Source: a virus
Lineage: Duplodnaviria; Caudoviricetes
IMG/VR virus record: IMGVR_UViG_3300020043_004799
Span: 1-38,198 of that record
Length of the DNA: 38,198 nt
Reading direction: 5' to 3' (one strand)
This document shows, piece after piece, positions 1-6,603 of this stretch. Each line of letters starts with the position of its first letter. Within the stretch, counting starts at the first letter, position 1. The notes beneath the pieces were generated by a model that searched no databases, was not told the origin of the DNA, and saw only the letters and a program-made list of their open reading frames with translations. A program made the position numbers and the translations under genes.

Positions 1-121
1 GGGGAATGAGAATGGCCGTTGAAAATGACGTAGGTTTTCTCATGATCCTGAGGGATTATTGGGGCATTTTCGCGGCGATGGTTACGGGATTTGCGGGGGT
101 CGTCATGGGCCGAGAGCGGAC
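1..121. repeat. 121-bp terminal overlap (copy 1); circular assembly
   Basis: Identical to 38078-38198; the stop of gene 37676..38086 overlaps (ATGA) the start of ORF 6..305 across the junction. Confidence 0.95.
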
Positions 122-305
122 ACGGTATCAGGTCGAAAGCGTGTCAGACCGCCTAGGCGCGTTTGAGCAACGGCTAAAGTCAGTCGAGGATCAGGGCAAT
201 CAACAGGCGCTGCACATGGCGTCAATGAAGGCCGAGCTTGGAATGCTGCCAGAAATGCGGCAAGATATTAAAGACGTTCTCATGGCCATCAGTGGCCGGA
301 AATAG
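6..305 (+). CDS. Lysis-region membrane protein (N-terminal TM helix + coiled coil), holin/antiholin-like
   Basis: Hydrophobic WGIFAAMVTGFAGVVMG followed by heptad-rich helix; directly upstream of endolysin. Confidence 0.6.
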   Translation: MRMAVENDVGFLMILRDYWGIFAAMVTGFAGVVMGRERTRYQVESVSDRLGAFEQRLKSVEDQGNQQALHMASMKAELGMLPEMRQDIKDVLMAISGRK

Positions 306-313
306 GGGCTGCG

Positions 314-1018
314 ATGAATACGAATTTCTGGGATGCGGTCAGGGCTATCTTCGGCGGGCGGCTGACGAAAGAGCAAATGGCGGGGGTGGAAACTATCCTT
401 GCGGCGTCTGATGGTCTGCCAATCTCGCACCGCGCATATCTGCTGGCAACGGCGAAGCATGAGACCGCCGACAGCATGCAGCCGATCACCGAATATGGCG
501 GGCGCAAATACTTCGACAAATACGACACCGGCAAGCTGGCGAAGGCGCTTGGCAACACGCCGGAAAAAGATGGCGACGGATACCTGTATCGCGGACGGGG
601 CTTTGTCCAGATCACGGGCCGCGCAAACTATGCCAAGGCATCTGGCAAGTTGGGCGTCGATCTGATTGCCAATCCTGACGCGGCGCTAAATCCTACTGTC
701 GCAGCGCAGATCCTTGTGCGCGGGTGTTCGGAAGGGTGGTTTACCGGCAAGAAGCTGTCTGACTATCTGCCGGATGACTTCCGCAACGCGCGGCGGGTTG
801 TCAATGGCACGGATCGGGCCGATCTGATCGCTGGCTATGCGATTATGTTCTACGACGCGGTTGCGACAAAACCGACACTCAAACTGCCACCAATCGCGGT
901 TGATGTTAAAGAACCGCCGAAAATCGAACACGTCGCGCCTGTCGTGTTAACGAAACCATCAGTCTGGGCGCAACTGATCGCCGCTATTCTCGCAATCCTG
1001 AAAGGGCCGCGCAAATGA
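314..1018 (+). CDS. Endolysin, glycoside hydrolase family 19
   Basis: AYLLATAKHET..PITEYG and YRGRGFVQITGRANY motifs; lysis context. Confidence 0.9.
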   Translation: MNTNFWDAVRAIFGGRLTKEQMAGVETILAASDGLPISHRAYLLATAKHETADSMQPITEYGGRKYFDKYDTGKLAKALGNTPEKDGDGYLYRGRGFVQITGRANYAKASGKLGVDLIANPDAALNPTVAAQILVRGCSEGWFTGKKLSDYLPDDFRNARRVVNGTDRADLIAGYAIMFYDAVATKPTLKLPPIAVDVKEPPKIEHVAPVVLTKPSVWAQLIAAILAILKGPRK

Positions 1019-1224
1019 CGCAACTTCGCTTGACCGCATACCTGACCGCATTTTTCGGCGGCGGCGCGGTGATCCTGTCCATGATCGGCGCGGCTGATTA
1101 TGACCACACTTCCGGCCTGCTGGATATTCGCCCGTTTAACGTCAACTGGATGGCGGGCATCGTGGCAGGGCCGCTGGCGTCGGGCATGGCTGCGGTGATG
1201 GTCTGGTGGCAGGGGCGGAAATGA
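1015..1224 (+). CDS. Putative holin (69 aa, two TM segments)
   Basis: Two hydrophobic stretches, basic C-terminus, ATGA-coupled to endolysin. Confidence 0.65.
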   Translation: MTQLRLTAYLTAFFGGGAVILSMIGAADYDHTSGLLDIRPFNVNWMAGIVAGPLASGMAAVMVWWQGRK

Positions 1225-1352
1225 TTGGCGGTCCGTTAGCCTACCCGGGTTGGATTCCAGACAATGACCCCAGTATACTGGACTTGCTATCCCGCCACGG
1301 ACCAACGGACGGGCGACCACAAAGGCGATCTCACAGGCTAAGCCTGTACTGA
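1221..1352 (+). CDS. Possible 43-aa small protein (MIGGPLAYPGW...)
   Basis: ATGA overlap with holin stop; below ORF-track cutoff; translated by hand. Confidence 0.35.
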   Translation: MIGGPLAYPGWIPDNDPSILDLLSRHGPTDGRPQRRSHRLSLY

Positions 1353-1379
1353 ATATGCCACGAAAGGCAAGGTGACGCA

Positions 1380-1625
1380 ATGCTGACACTGATCCTATCA
1401 TCGCTTCGCAAGGCCGCTGGCTGGGCGCTGGCGGGCCTTCTGGCGTTCTTGGCTGTGTGGGGGCTGGCAAAGCGTGATGCGCGCCGTGAGACGGCTCTAC
1501 AGGCGGCCGAACGCATTGCCAAGGCGGAACGGAAACGCGGAAAGAAGGATGACGACATTGACCAAGACACTGACCTTGTCGGCCGTGCTATGCGGATTAA
1601 TCTCGTGCGGGGTCCAAACGAATGA
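1380..1625 (+). CDS. Inner-membrane spanin (Rz-like)
   Basis: N-terminal TM helix then charged helix; overlapped by a lipoprotein gene. Confidence 0.75.
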   Translation: MLTLILSSLRKAAGWALAGLLAFLAVWGLAKRDARRETALQAAERIAKAERKRGKKDDDIDQDTDLVGRAMRINLVRGPNE

Positions 1626-1758
1626 TGATTGCGCGGGGTGGCGGTCAATTCGTATCGCGCCTGAGACGCTGGATTATTTGGCCAAGAACGACGAGGTCGC
1701 GCTCAAGGCGCTGATCGGGCATCAAGAAACTGGGCTTGAACGCGGGTGCTGGGAGTAG
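1549..1758 (+). CDS. Outer-membrane lipoprotein spanin (Rz1-like)
   Basis: Start at ATG 1549 gives MTTLTKTLTLSAVLCGLISC with LISC lipobox; overlaps 3' end of i-spanin. Confidence 0.75.
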   Translation: MTTLTKTLTLSAVLCGLISCGVQTNDDCAGWRSIRIAPETLDYLAKNDEVALKALIGHQETGLERGCWE

Positions 1759-1833
1759 TGGTGCCGCCACGAGGACTTGAACCCCGAACATTCCGCCTAC
1801 AATGCGGCTACTCTGCCATTGAGCTATAGCGGC
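1759..1833 (-). tRNA. tRNA-Thr(UGU)
   Basis: GCCGCTA/TGGCGGC acceptor, A73, encoded CCA, D-arm GCTC/GAGT, T-loop TTCAAGT, anticodon loop ATTGTAG. Confidence 0.88.
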
Positions 1834-1834
1834 T

Positions 1835-1910
1835 TGGTGAGTTCGGCAGGACTTGAACCCGCAACCTAGCGTGTAGAAGACGCCTGATCTATCCATTGAT
1901 CTACGAACCC
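1835..1910 (-). tRNA. tRNA-Arg(UCU)
   Basis: GGGTTCG/CGAACTC acceptor, CCA, D-arm GATC/GATC with A20, anticodon loop CTTCTAC, T-loop TTCAAGT. Confidence 0.92.
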
Positions 1911-1916
1911 AAGCTG

Positions 1917-1945
1917 ATCTTACGCGATTGTGAACCTGTAAGCAA
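1917..1945 (-). promoter_or_regulatory. Sigma70-like promoter for the tRNA pair
   Basis: TTGCTT-N17-TAAGAT on the minus strand, -10 ending 7 nt before tRNA-Arg G1. Confidence 0.55.
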
Positions 1946-1960
1946 TCGTTACAGGTTCAC
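1930..1960. repeat. Perfect 12-7-12 inverted repeat
   Basis: GTGAACCTGTAA-gcaatcg-TTACAGGTTCAC. Confidence 0.9.
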
Positions 1961-1966
1961 CGATGG

Positions 1967-2167
1967 TCATTCGTGGTCACCAAAGTATTCTTCGCGGTTG
2001 CCTTCCTGAATATCCAGAGTTGGCCTGCCGCGCTTTCCTGTCGTCACTTGGATCATGCCAGATGCGCTGAGTGGGTTTTTGTTTGCACAGTTGGCGCAGT
2101 TGATCGGATCAATCACCAATTCGCGGCATTTTTTGCATCGGTGATATTTTGGGTTTGGCTTGGTCAT
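1967..2167 (-). CDS. Small zinc-finger protein
   Basis: CKKC..CANC pair; last gene of the leftward operon. Confidence 0.6.
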   Translation of the reverse strand: MTKPNPKYHRCKKCRELVIDPINCANCANKNPLSASGMIQVTTGKRGRPTLDIQEGNREEYFGDHE

Positions 2168-2218
2168 CCCTGCACCTGCGCCAGTGTGCTGCCCGCATCC
2201 GCCAGCCGTGTGAGTGCG

Positions 2219-2256
2219 TCAGTCATGCTGCACCGCCTTGGCCGCTGCGAGGGCGG
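2219..2256 (-). repeat. Box D, left copy (38 bp; inverted copy 10761-10798)
   Basis: 38/38 identical by manual alignment. Confidence 0.95.
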
Positions 2257-2746
2257 CGTCATGGCTTTCGATGAACGAACACGCTGGGCATTGAACTAGA
2301 TCGCGGAATGCGTCGCCCGTGAGCGGCCCAGTTGCGTAGCAATCATGCGGCGCGCAATGCTCCCCTATTGCCCGTCGCCCTTCTTCAAGCGCCTCCACCA
2401 GCCGCGCAATCACCTCGTCGCGGGGGTCGGGCTGCGGCTCGATGGCGGCGAGGATGCGGGTGTAACCCGCGCTTTCGGTTGGGTCATATTCTGTCCACGC
2501 ATCAGCATGAAAACTGCTGGCAGCACCTGCGCTAACACGTCCAGATATGAATGCATGTTTCAGGGCATGGGATAAGTCCAGCGGCTTGACCCTCACCTTC
2601 GCGGGGACGGCGGCAAGGTCGGCGCGGACGATGCGAAAACCATTGCTACACAACTTATCGACGGCGGAATGAGCTGCGCTATATGTCAGATCACCATGCT
2701 TGTAGAGAAACTGCACGGCGTCATTGCGGTTGTCCGGTGCGGTCAT
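2219..2746 (-). CDS. Mosaic early protein L (conserved boxes + variable domains)
   Basis: Shares MTAP, ADLAAVPxxVRVKPL, PDPRDEVIARLVEA and ALAAAKAVQHD with 9791..10798. Confidence 0.85.
   Translation of the reverse strand: MTAPDNRNDAVQFLYKHGDLTYSAAHSAVDKLCSNGFRIVRADLAAVPAKVRVKPLDLSHALKHAFISGRVSAGAASSFHADAWTEYDPTESAGYTRILAAIEPQPDPRDEVIARLVEALEEGRRAIGEHCAPHDCYATGPLTGDAFRDLVQCPACSFIESHDAALAAAKAVQHD
2390..2433 (-). repeat. Box C, left copy (44 bp; inverted copy 10566-10609)
   Basis: 44/44 identical. Confidence 0.95.
2578..2624 (-). repeat. Box B, left copy (47 bp; inverted copy 10081-10127)
   Basis: 44/47 identical. Confidence 0.95.
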
Positions 2747-2748
2747 TT
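2733..2748 (-). repeat. Box A, left copy (16 bp; inverted copy 9789-9804)
   Basis: AAATGACCGCACCGGA spans the start codon in both genes. Confidence 0.85.
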
Positions 2749-2985
2749 CTTTTCTCCGATCAGGTCGTCCATCACGCCACCTTGAATCAGTCGGTCATCC
2801 ACGGTATCGAATACCAGCCATCCGTCGCGGTAAACTGGCCTGCGCGAATGCATAGGTTGCCACCAGTTTTTCCCGTGGTATCCGCGCAGATGCGCTACGG
2901 TGTCGCCGTCCTTCGCCGTGATTTTCCCAGTAAGATCAGAAAACACCTGATCCGGTGAAACCTTGATGCTTGTCTCGATCATCAT
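2743..2985 (-). CDS. Hypothetical protein
   Basis: Coupled overlaps at both ends; start moved to MMIETS. Confidence 0.6.
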   Translation of the reverse strand: MMIETSIKVSPDQVFSDLTGKITAKDGDTVAHLRGYHGKNWWQPMHSRRPVYRDGWLVFDTVDDRLIQGGVMDDLIGEKK

Positions 2986-3461
2986 ACACCGCCTTTCTTG
3001 CTGGCGGCGAGGATGGCAATTGCACACTCTTCTCCGGTCATTGGCGTGGTATTGCGCCAACCACTGATCAATTCAGCGATCCGTTCAACTGTGCGTGCTT
3101 CCGCCTCCGCGATCAGCCGATCAAGCGCGGCGGTCTGGTCGGGCGTGGCGAGGGCGCGCCGCAGGTCTTTTTGATCGACCTTAAACGTGTGGATTTTTTT
3201 CCCTCCGCCCCAAGGCTTAGGTCCAGAGACTCGATAATCTTGCATATAGAGGCTCGGACCTTCGACGCCCTTCACTACGTCCACGATTATATCACCCACC
3301 TCATATGCCGCAGCCGTGGCGGCATTGGCGCGGGTGAGGGCGGCCTCAAGCTGCTCGATGCGGTCGGCGGCCAATTCGGCTGCTTCTGTAAGCTGAACTC
3401 CGTAACGGAGTTGGTCCACCAGATCATCCGTGCCTACGGGGTGGGTTTCTTGGGCGGTCAT
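2982..3461 (-). CDS. Mosaic early protein (ead/Ea22-like scaffold: DDLV..AADRIEQLEA..TPDQ..AILAA)
   Basis: Scaffold motifs shared with 6600..7007; coupled start at 3461. Confidence 0.7.
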   Translation of the reverse strand: MTAQETHPVGTDDLVDQLRYGVQLTEAAELAADRIEQLEAALTRANAATAAAYEVGDIIVDVVKGVEGPSLYMQDYRVSGPKPWGGGKKIHTFKVDQKDLRRALATPDQTAALDRLIAEAEARTVERIAELISGWRNTTPMTGEECAIAILAASKKGGV

Positions 3462-3622
3462 CACACACCCCCCACAATGAACTGATTGAACGCATAGATG
3501 ATCACGCCAGCCGCAGCGCAGACGGCCACGACGATGCCGAACACCTGCCACAGCAGCCCGTCATGCGGCTCTGGCACAAGGTCAAAGCGGTTGTCGCGGG
3601 ATGGTAGGTCTTGGCGGGTCAT
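3461..3622 (-). CDS. 53-aa single-TM membrane protein
   Basis: Hand translation MTRQDL...LLWQVFGIVVAVCAAAGVIIYAF..GGV; coupled at both ends. Confidence 0.65.
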   Translation of the reverse strand: MTRQDLPSRDNRFDLVPEPHDGLLWQVFGIVVAVCAAAGVIIYAFNQFIVGGV

Positions 3623-3804
3623 TCTTGCGTCTCCTGTGCAATGGGGGTGAGGGTGTAGCCTGCTGCGAGGGCGGCTTGGCGCAGATCATCAAGCGCCATG
3701 TTGGACAGAAACTCGCGGTTTTCTTTGGACCAATAGGCCGCGCAGGCATGTTGCGATGCTATGGCCGCGTAACTACGCAATCCGCCAAGCTGGTAATCAT
3801 TCAT
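3619..3804 (-). CDS. Hypothetical protein
   Basis: GGAAGG RBS, operon continuity. Confidence 0.6.
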   Translation of the reverse strand: MNDYQLGGLRSYAAIASQHACAAYWSKENREFLSNMALDDLRQAALAAGYTLTPIAQETQE

Positions 3805-3994
3805 CGCGGTCATCCTTCCACTGCTCATATTTGTAATCGCCGTATTCATCAGCGGCGTCTTGCTCGGCCTGCTGCCAGCCTTCGTTGGTCCAGTATGCCT
3901 GCGCGGCGGCAATGTCGGCTTCGGGGTCTTCGCTATCCACGTTTCCGTCATCGTCGGCGGTGTAGTCAATATCGTGATAGGTGAAATAGAACAT
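3797..3994 (-). CDS. 65-aa highly acidic protein, DNA-mimic candidate
   Basis: 21 D/E versus 3 K/R; strong AAGGAG RBS. Confidence 0.7.
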   Translation of the reverse strand: MFYFTYHDIDYTADDDGNVDSEDPEADIAAAQAYWTNEGWQQAEQDAADEYGDYKYEQWKDDRDE

Positions 3995-4054
3995 GGGTGG
4001 TCTCCTTGCTTGCTGGCACATAGTGACGCGCCCCGTAAGGCGCGCTGCAATGGG

Positions 4055-4360
4055 TCAGGCGGACGCTTTTTCCAGTTTGTCGATATTGACGCTCAGCATA
4101 AGCGACTGAGCGTAACCCATGCGCGCAATCTGTTCGGCGGTGTCGCGGGCCGCAATCTTAGCCAGCGTACGGAGCCATGCAGCATCTGGACGCCCTTGGC
4201 TATAGCGCTTGCGGTCAACAGGCATTGCCGCGCGGATACAGTCAGCGCCGTAAACCCCGAGGCCAGAAAGCTGAATTCCAACCTTGAGCGAGCGCCCGCA
4301 GCAATCGCAGTTGGTCTGGAAGTCAGCTCCGATGATTTTTGTTTGGAAGGTCATGTTCAT
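4055..4360 (-). CDS. Hypothetical Cys-motif protein, first gene of leftward operon
   Basis: CDCCGR..YGADC motif; AAGGAG RBS. Confidence 0.7.
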   Translation of the reverse strand: MNMTFQTKIIGADFQTNCDCCGRSLKVGIQLSGLGVYGADCIRAAMPVDRKRYSQGRPDAAWLRTLAKIAARDTAEQIARMGYAQSLMLSVNIDKLEKASA

Positions 4361-4379
4361 TCTCCTTGCTTGCCAGATC

Positions 4380-4449
4380 ACCCTACACCGATTTTGCGCG
4401 CCTGCAACATAAAAATAACGATTGACCGCACTTTGTTTCGTGATATGGT
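4380..4449. promoter_or_regulatory. Divergent promoter region 1
   Basis: Plus TTGACC-N16-TATGGT (4422-4449); minus TTGCAG-N16-TAGGGT (4407-4380); AT-rich centre. Confidence 0.55.
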
Positions 4450-4455
4450 CGGCTC

Positions 4456-4659
4456 ATGGAAAACAAAACCGCACCTGAACTTCTGAACGACTGGCTCAAG
4501 CGCGAAGGCCGCAAGGGTCTTTGGCTGGCGTCGGTTCTCGGCGTAAACAAGGGCGCAATGACGTGCTGGCGTCGCGGTCACAATCCGCCGCTGCCGCCAT
4601 ACCGCCGTGAAATCGAACGCATCACCAATGGCGCTGTGCCTGCGAGTGCGTGGAAGTAA
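4456..4659 (+). CDS. Cro-like HTH regulator, probably leaderless mRNA
   Basis: LASVLGVNKGAMTCWRRG..P..IERITNGAVPASAW pattern; ATG 7 nt after the -10, no SD. Confidence 0.8.
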   Translation: MENKTAPELLNDWLKREGRKGLWLASVLGVNKGAMTCWRRGHNPPLPPYRREIERITNGAVPASAWK

Positions 4660-4693
4660 CCCGCCGCGTTTCACCTCTCGCGCGGCGCAACCT

Positions 4694-4731
4694 GCCGCCT
4701 GACATACGCCCCCCGGTCAGGCGGCTTTTTT
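4694..4731 (+). terminator. Rho-independent terminator
   Basis: GCCGCCTGAC/GTCAGGCGGC stem + T6. Confidence 0.8.
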
Positions 4732-4745
4732 ATTCTGGAGATGTG

Positions 4746-5342
4746 ATGCGCGTCCTTGTCGCCTGCGAATATTCTGGCCGCGTCCGTGAGGCGTTCCGCG
4801 CCCGTGGGGCTGATGCCTGGTCATGTGATCTGATCGAAAGCGAGGATAACAGCCCGCACCACATCATCGGTGACGCATTGGCCGTAGCGCGCGATGGATG
4901 GGATTTGATGATCGGCCACCCGCCCTGCACATACCTATCCAATAGCGGGGTTTGCCACCTCCACACCGATCCTGCCAGGTGGGGAAAGATGGCAGATGGT
5001 GCCGCGTTTTTTCGCGAGTTGTGGGATTTGCCTATTCCGCGTGTCTGCCTTGAAAATCCCGTAATGCACAAACATGCGCGTGAATTGATCGGCGGTCTGC
5101 GCCCGTTCCAGATTGTCCAACCGTGGATGTTTGGCCACTTGGAAACCAAGGCAACAGGGCTTTACCTGCGAGGCCTTATGCCACTGCGACCCGTCACTAA
5201 TCTCAAGGCTGAAACCATGGCATTGCCTGCCAATGTTCGCCAGCGCCTGTTTTACCTTCCCCCAGGTCCTGACCGCTGGAAAGAGCGCTCTCGCACATAT
5301 CAAGGCATTGCTGACGCTATGGCAGCGCAGTGGTGCAACTAA
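4746..5342 (+). CDS. Compact phage DNA cytosine-C5 methyltransferase-like protein
   Basis: HPPC catalytic and ENPV motifs, C-terminal GIADAMAAQW; atypical motif I VLVACEYSG; GGAG RBS. Confidence 0.75.
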   Translation: MRVLVACEYSGRVREAFRARGADAWSCDLIESEDNSPHHIIGDALAVARDGWDLMIGHPPCTYLSNSGVCHLHTDPARWGKMADGAAFFRELWDLPIPRVCLENPVMHKHARELIGGLRPFQIVQPWMFGHLETKATGLYLRGLMPLRPVTNLKAETMALPANVRQRLFYLPPGPDRWKERSRTYQGIADAMAAQWCN

Positions 5343-5463
5343 TTCAGCCCATCGGCTCAATCCGCCCCGCGTCGGTCACGCGCAACATGAAAGGTCAAGC
5401 CTAGGGCGATTTTGGTTGCCCCAGACAGACAGCCCCCGCCCGCTAACAAATGCGCTACATCTG

Positions 5464-5838
5464 CTATAGGCGGGGGCAAATCATCGCTGCAACGCGGGCC
5501 AGTAATTCGTCATCTGATCCGTGCAGATCGTTAAACGCGCGGCGGCTGCGGTGATACGCTCCAGCCCCATATTCGCGGCGATGGTGCTGCGGGCATAGCG
5601 GGATCACTCGCATGTCGGATCTGGGGTAGGGCAGGTGGTGCACCTCTACTATCCACGCACCGCAAACCAAGCACGGCAATTCTGCGACCCGCGCCATGTG
5701 CGCTTTGCCTTCTTCGCGCTCCGGCGATGCAAGATAGGCTTTGCGCTTGGCTGATTGCTTTGGCAGGCGCTTGCGCGGCTTCTTCGGTGGCTTGGGTTGC
5801 TTTTGTCCGAGTGGGCCGCGTCCAGCTAGATCAGGCAT
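5464..5838 (-). CDS. DUF968/Ref-like HNH zinc protein
   Basis: Basic N-terminus, CLVCG..EVHH..VIPLCPQHH. Confidence 0.7.
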   Translation of the reverse strand: MPDLAGRGPLGQKQPKPPKKPRKRLPKQSAKRKAYLASPEREEGKAHMARVAELPCLVCGAWIVEVHHLPYPRSDMRVIPLCPQHHRREYGAGAYHRSRRAFNDLHGSDDELLARVAAMICPRL

Positions 5839-6244
5839 CGACAAACGCCAGAACGTCAAAGCCGCAAGCCTCCGACAGTGCAGCCATAGCCTTGTCGAAA
5901 TACGCGCGAAACTCCGGCTGCGTCATTGCCCCGAAGGCAGTTGAGTGCGGCATCATCCCTGTGACGTTGCCGCGAAGGTCATAGATCGGCTCCACAAGGC
6001 CCATCCGCACCTTTAGCGCTGTGTGTAGCGCCTCACGCGATTGCCATCGTCCTGTGGCCTCTACGGCGCGTGTGAGGGCCTGCCAGTATAGGCGGTGGTG
6101 CGGAAGGCTACGCTTGCCGCGCGGCACTAGGTCAAACTCCGTGCCGTTTGGATATGCTGCAAGTTCCTCGGCGTCAAACGCGGTGACTGGCGAGAGTTTA
6201 CCCCCCGCCAGCTTAACCATTGGTGTAGGCGGTTTGTCTTTCAA
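5831..6244 (-). CDS. DUF1367/NinB-like recombination-associated protein
   Basis: RSLPHHRLYW and STAFGAMTQPEFRAY motifs. Confidence 0.6.
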   Translation of the reverse strand: MKDKPPTPMVKLAGGKLSPVTAFDAEELAAYPNGTEFDLVPRGKRSLPHHRLYWQALTRAVEATGRWQSREALHTALKVRMGLVEPIYDLRGNVTGMMPHSTAFGAMTQPEFRAYFDKAMAALSEACGFDVLAFVDA

Positions 6245-6603
6245 CTTGTGCCTTTCCCAATATCTAGCAGCACAGCTCGTGATCGGTTGATGCTTGCGGC
6301 GTAGTCTCTAAGCATTTGGTCAAACATCTTGTCTGATGGTGCAGCTTTCTTTCCGCCTTGCTCAAGCAAACTTAGTGCAGCCACAAGATGTGATGTCGTA
6401 TCAATTAGCGCCTCCACCGCCTTCGCCAGTTGCGCATTGGTGGCGTCGTGCAGGTCGGCGCGGGTGTTCCATGCGGCTGCGGCTTCATCACCAGTGGGAC
6501 GCCATCCTGTTTCAGCGCCGCAGCCGTAGCAGCGAACCCACGCGGTATCGTCATGTGGCGGCATCTTTTCACCGCAAAACGGGCATGGTTTCAGCGCGGT
6601 CAT
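6241..6603 (-). CDS. Lar-family restriction-alleviation domain protein with mosaic C-terminus
   Basis: LKPCPFCG..VRCYGCGA..AAAAWNTR. Confidence 0.8.
   Translation of the reverse strand: MTALKPCPFCGEKMPPHDDTAWVRCYGCGAETGWRPTGDEAAAAWNTRADLHDATNAQLAKAVEALIDTTSHLVAALSLLEQGGKKAAPSDKMFDQMLRDYAASINRSRAVLLDIGKGTS

Noticed and set aside
1226-1303. Third tRNA on the minus strand
   Set aside because: Acceptor-like stem and CCA are present but no T-arm, D-arm or anticodon arm can be drawn
1759-1910. tRNAs as attP or prophage boundary
   Set aside because: No integrase, no duplicated tRNA 3' end and no host genes in the window
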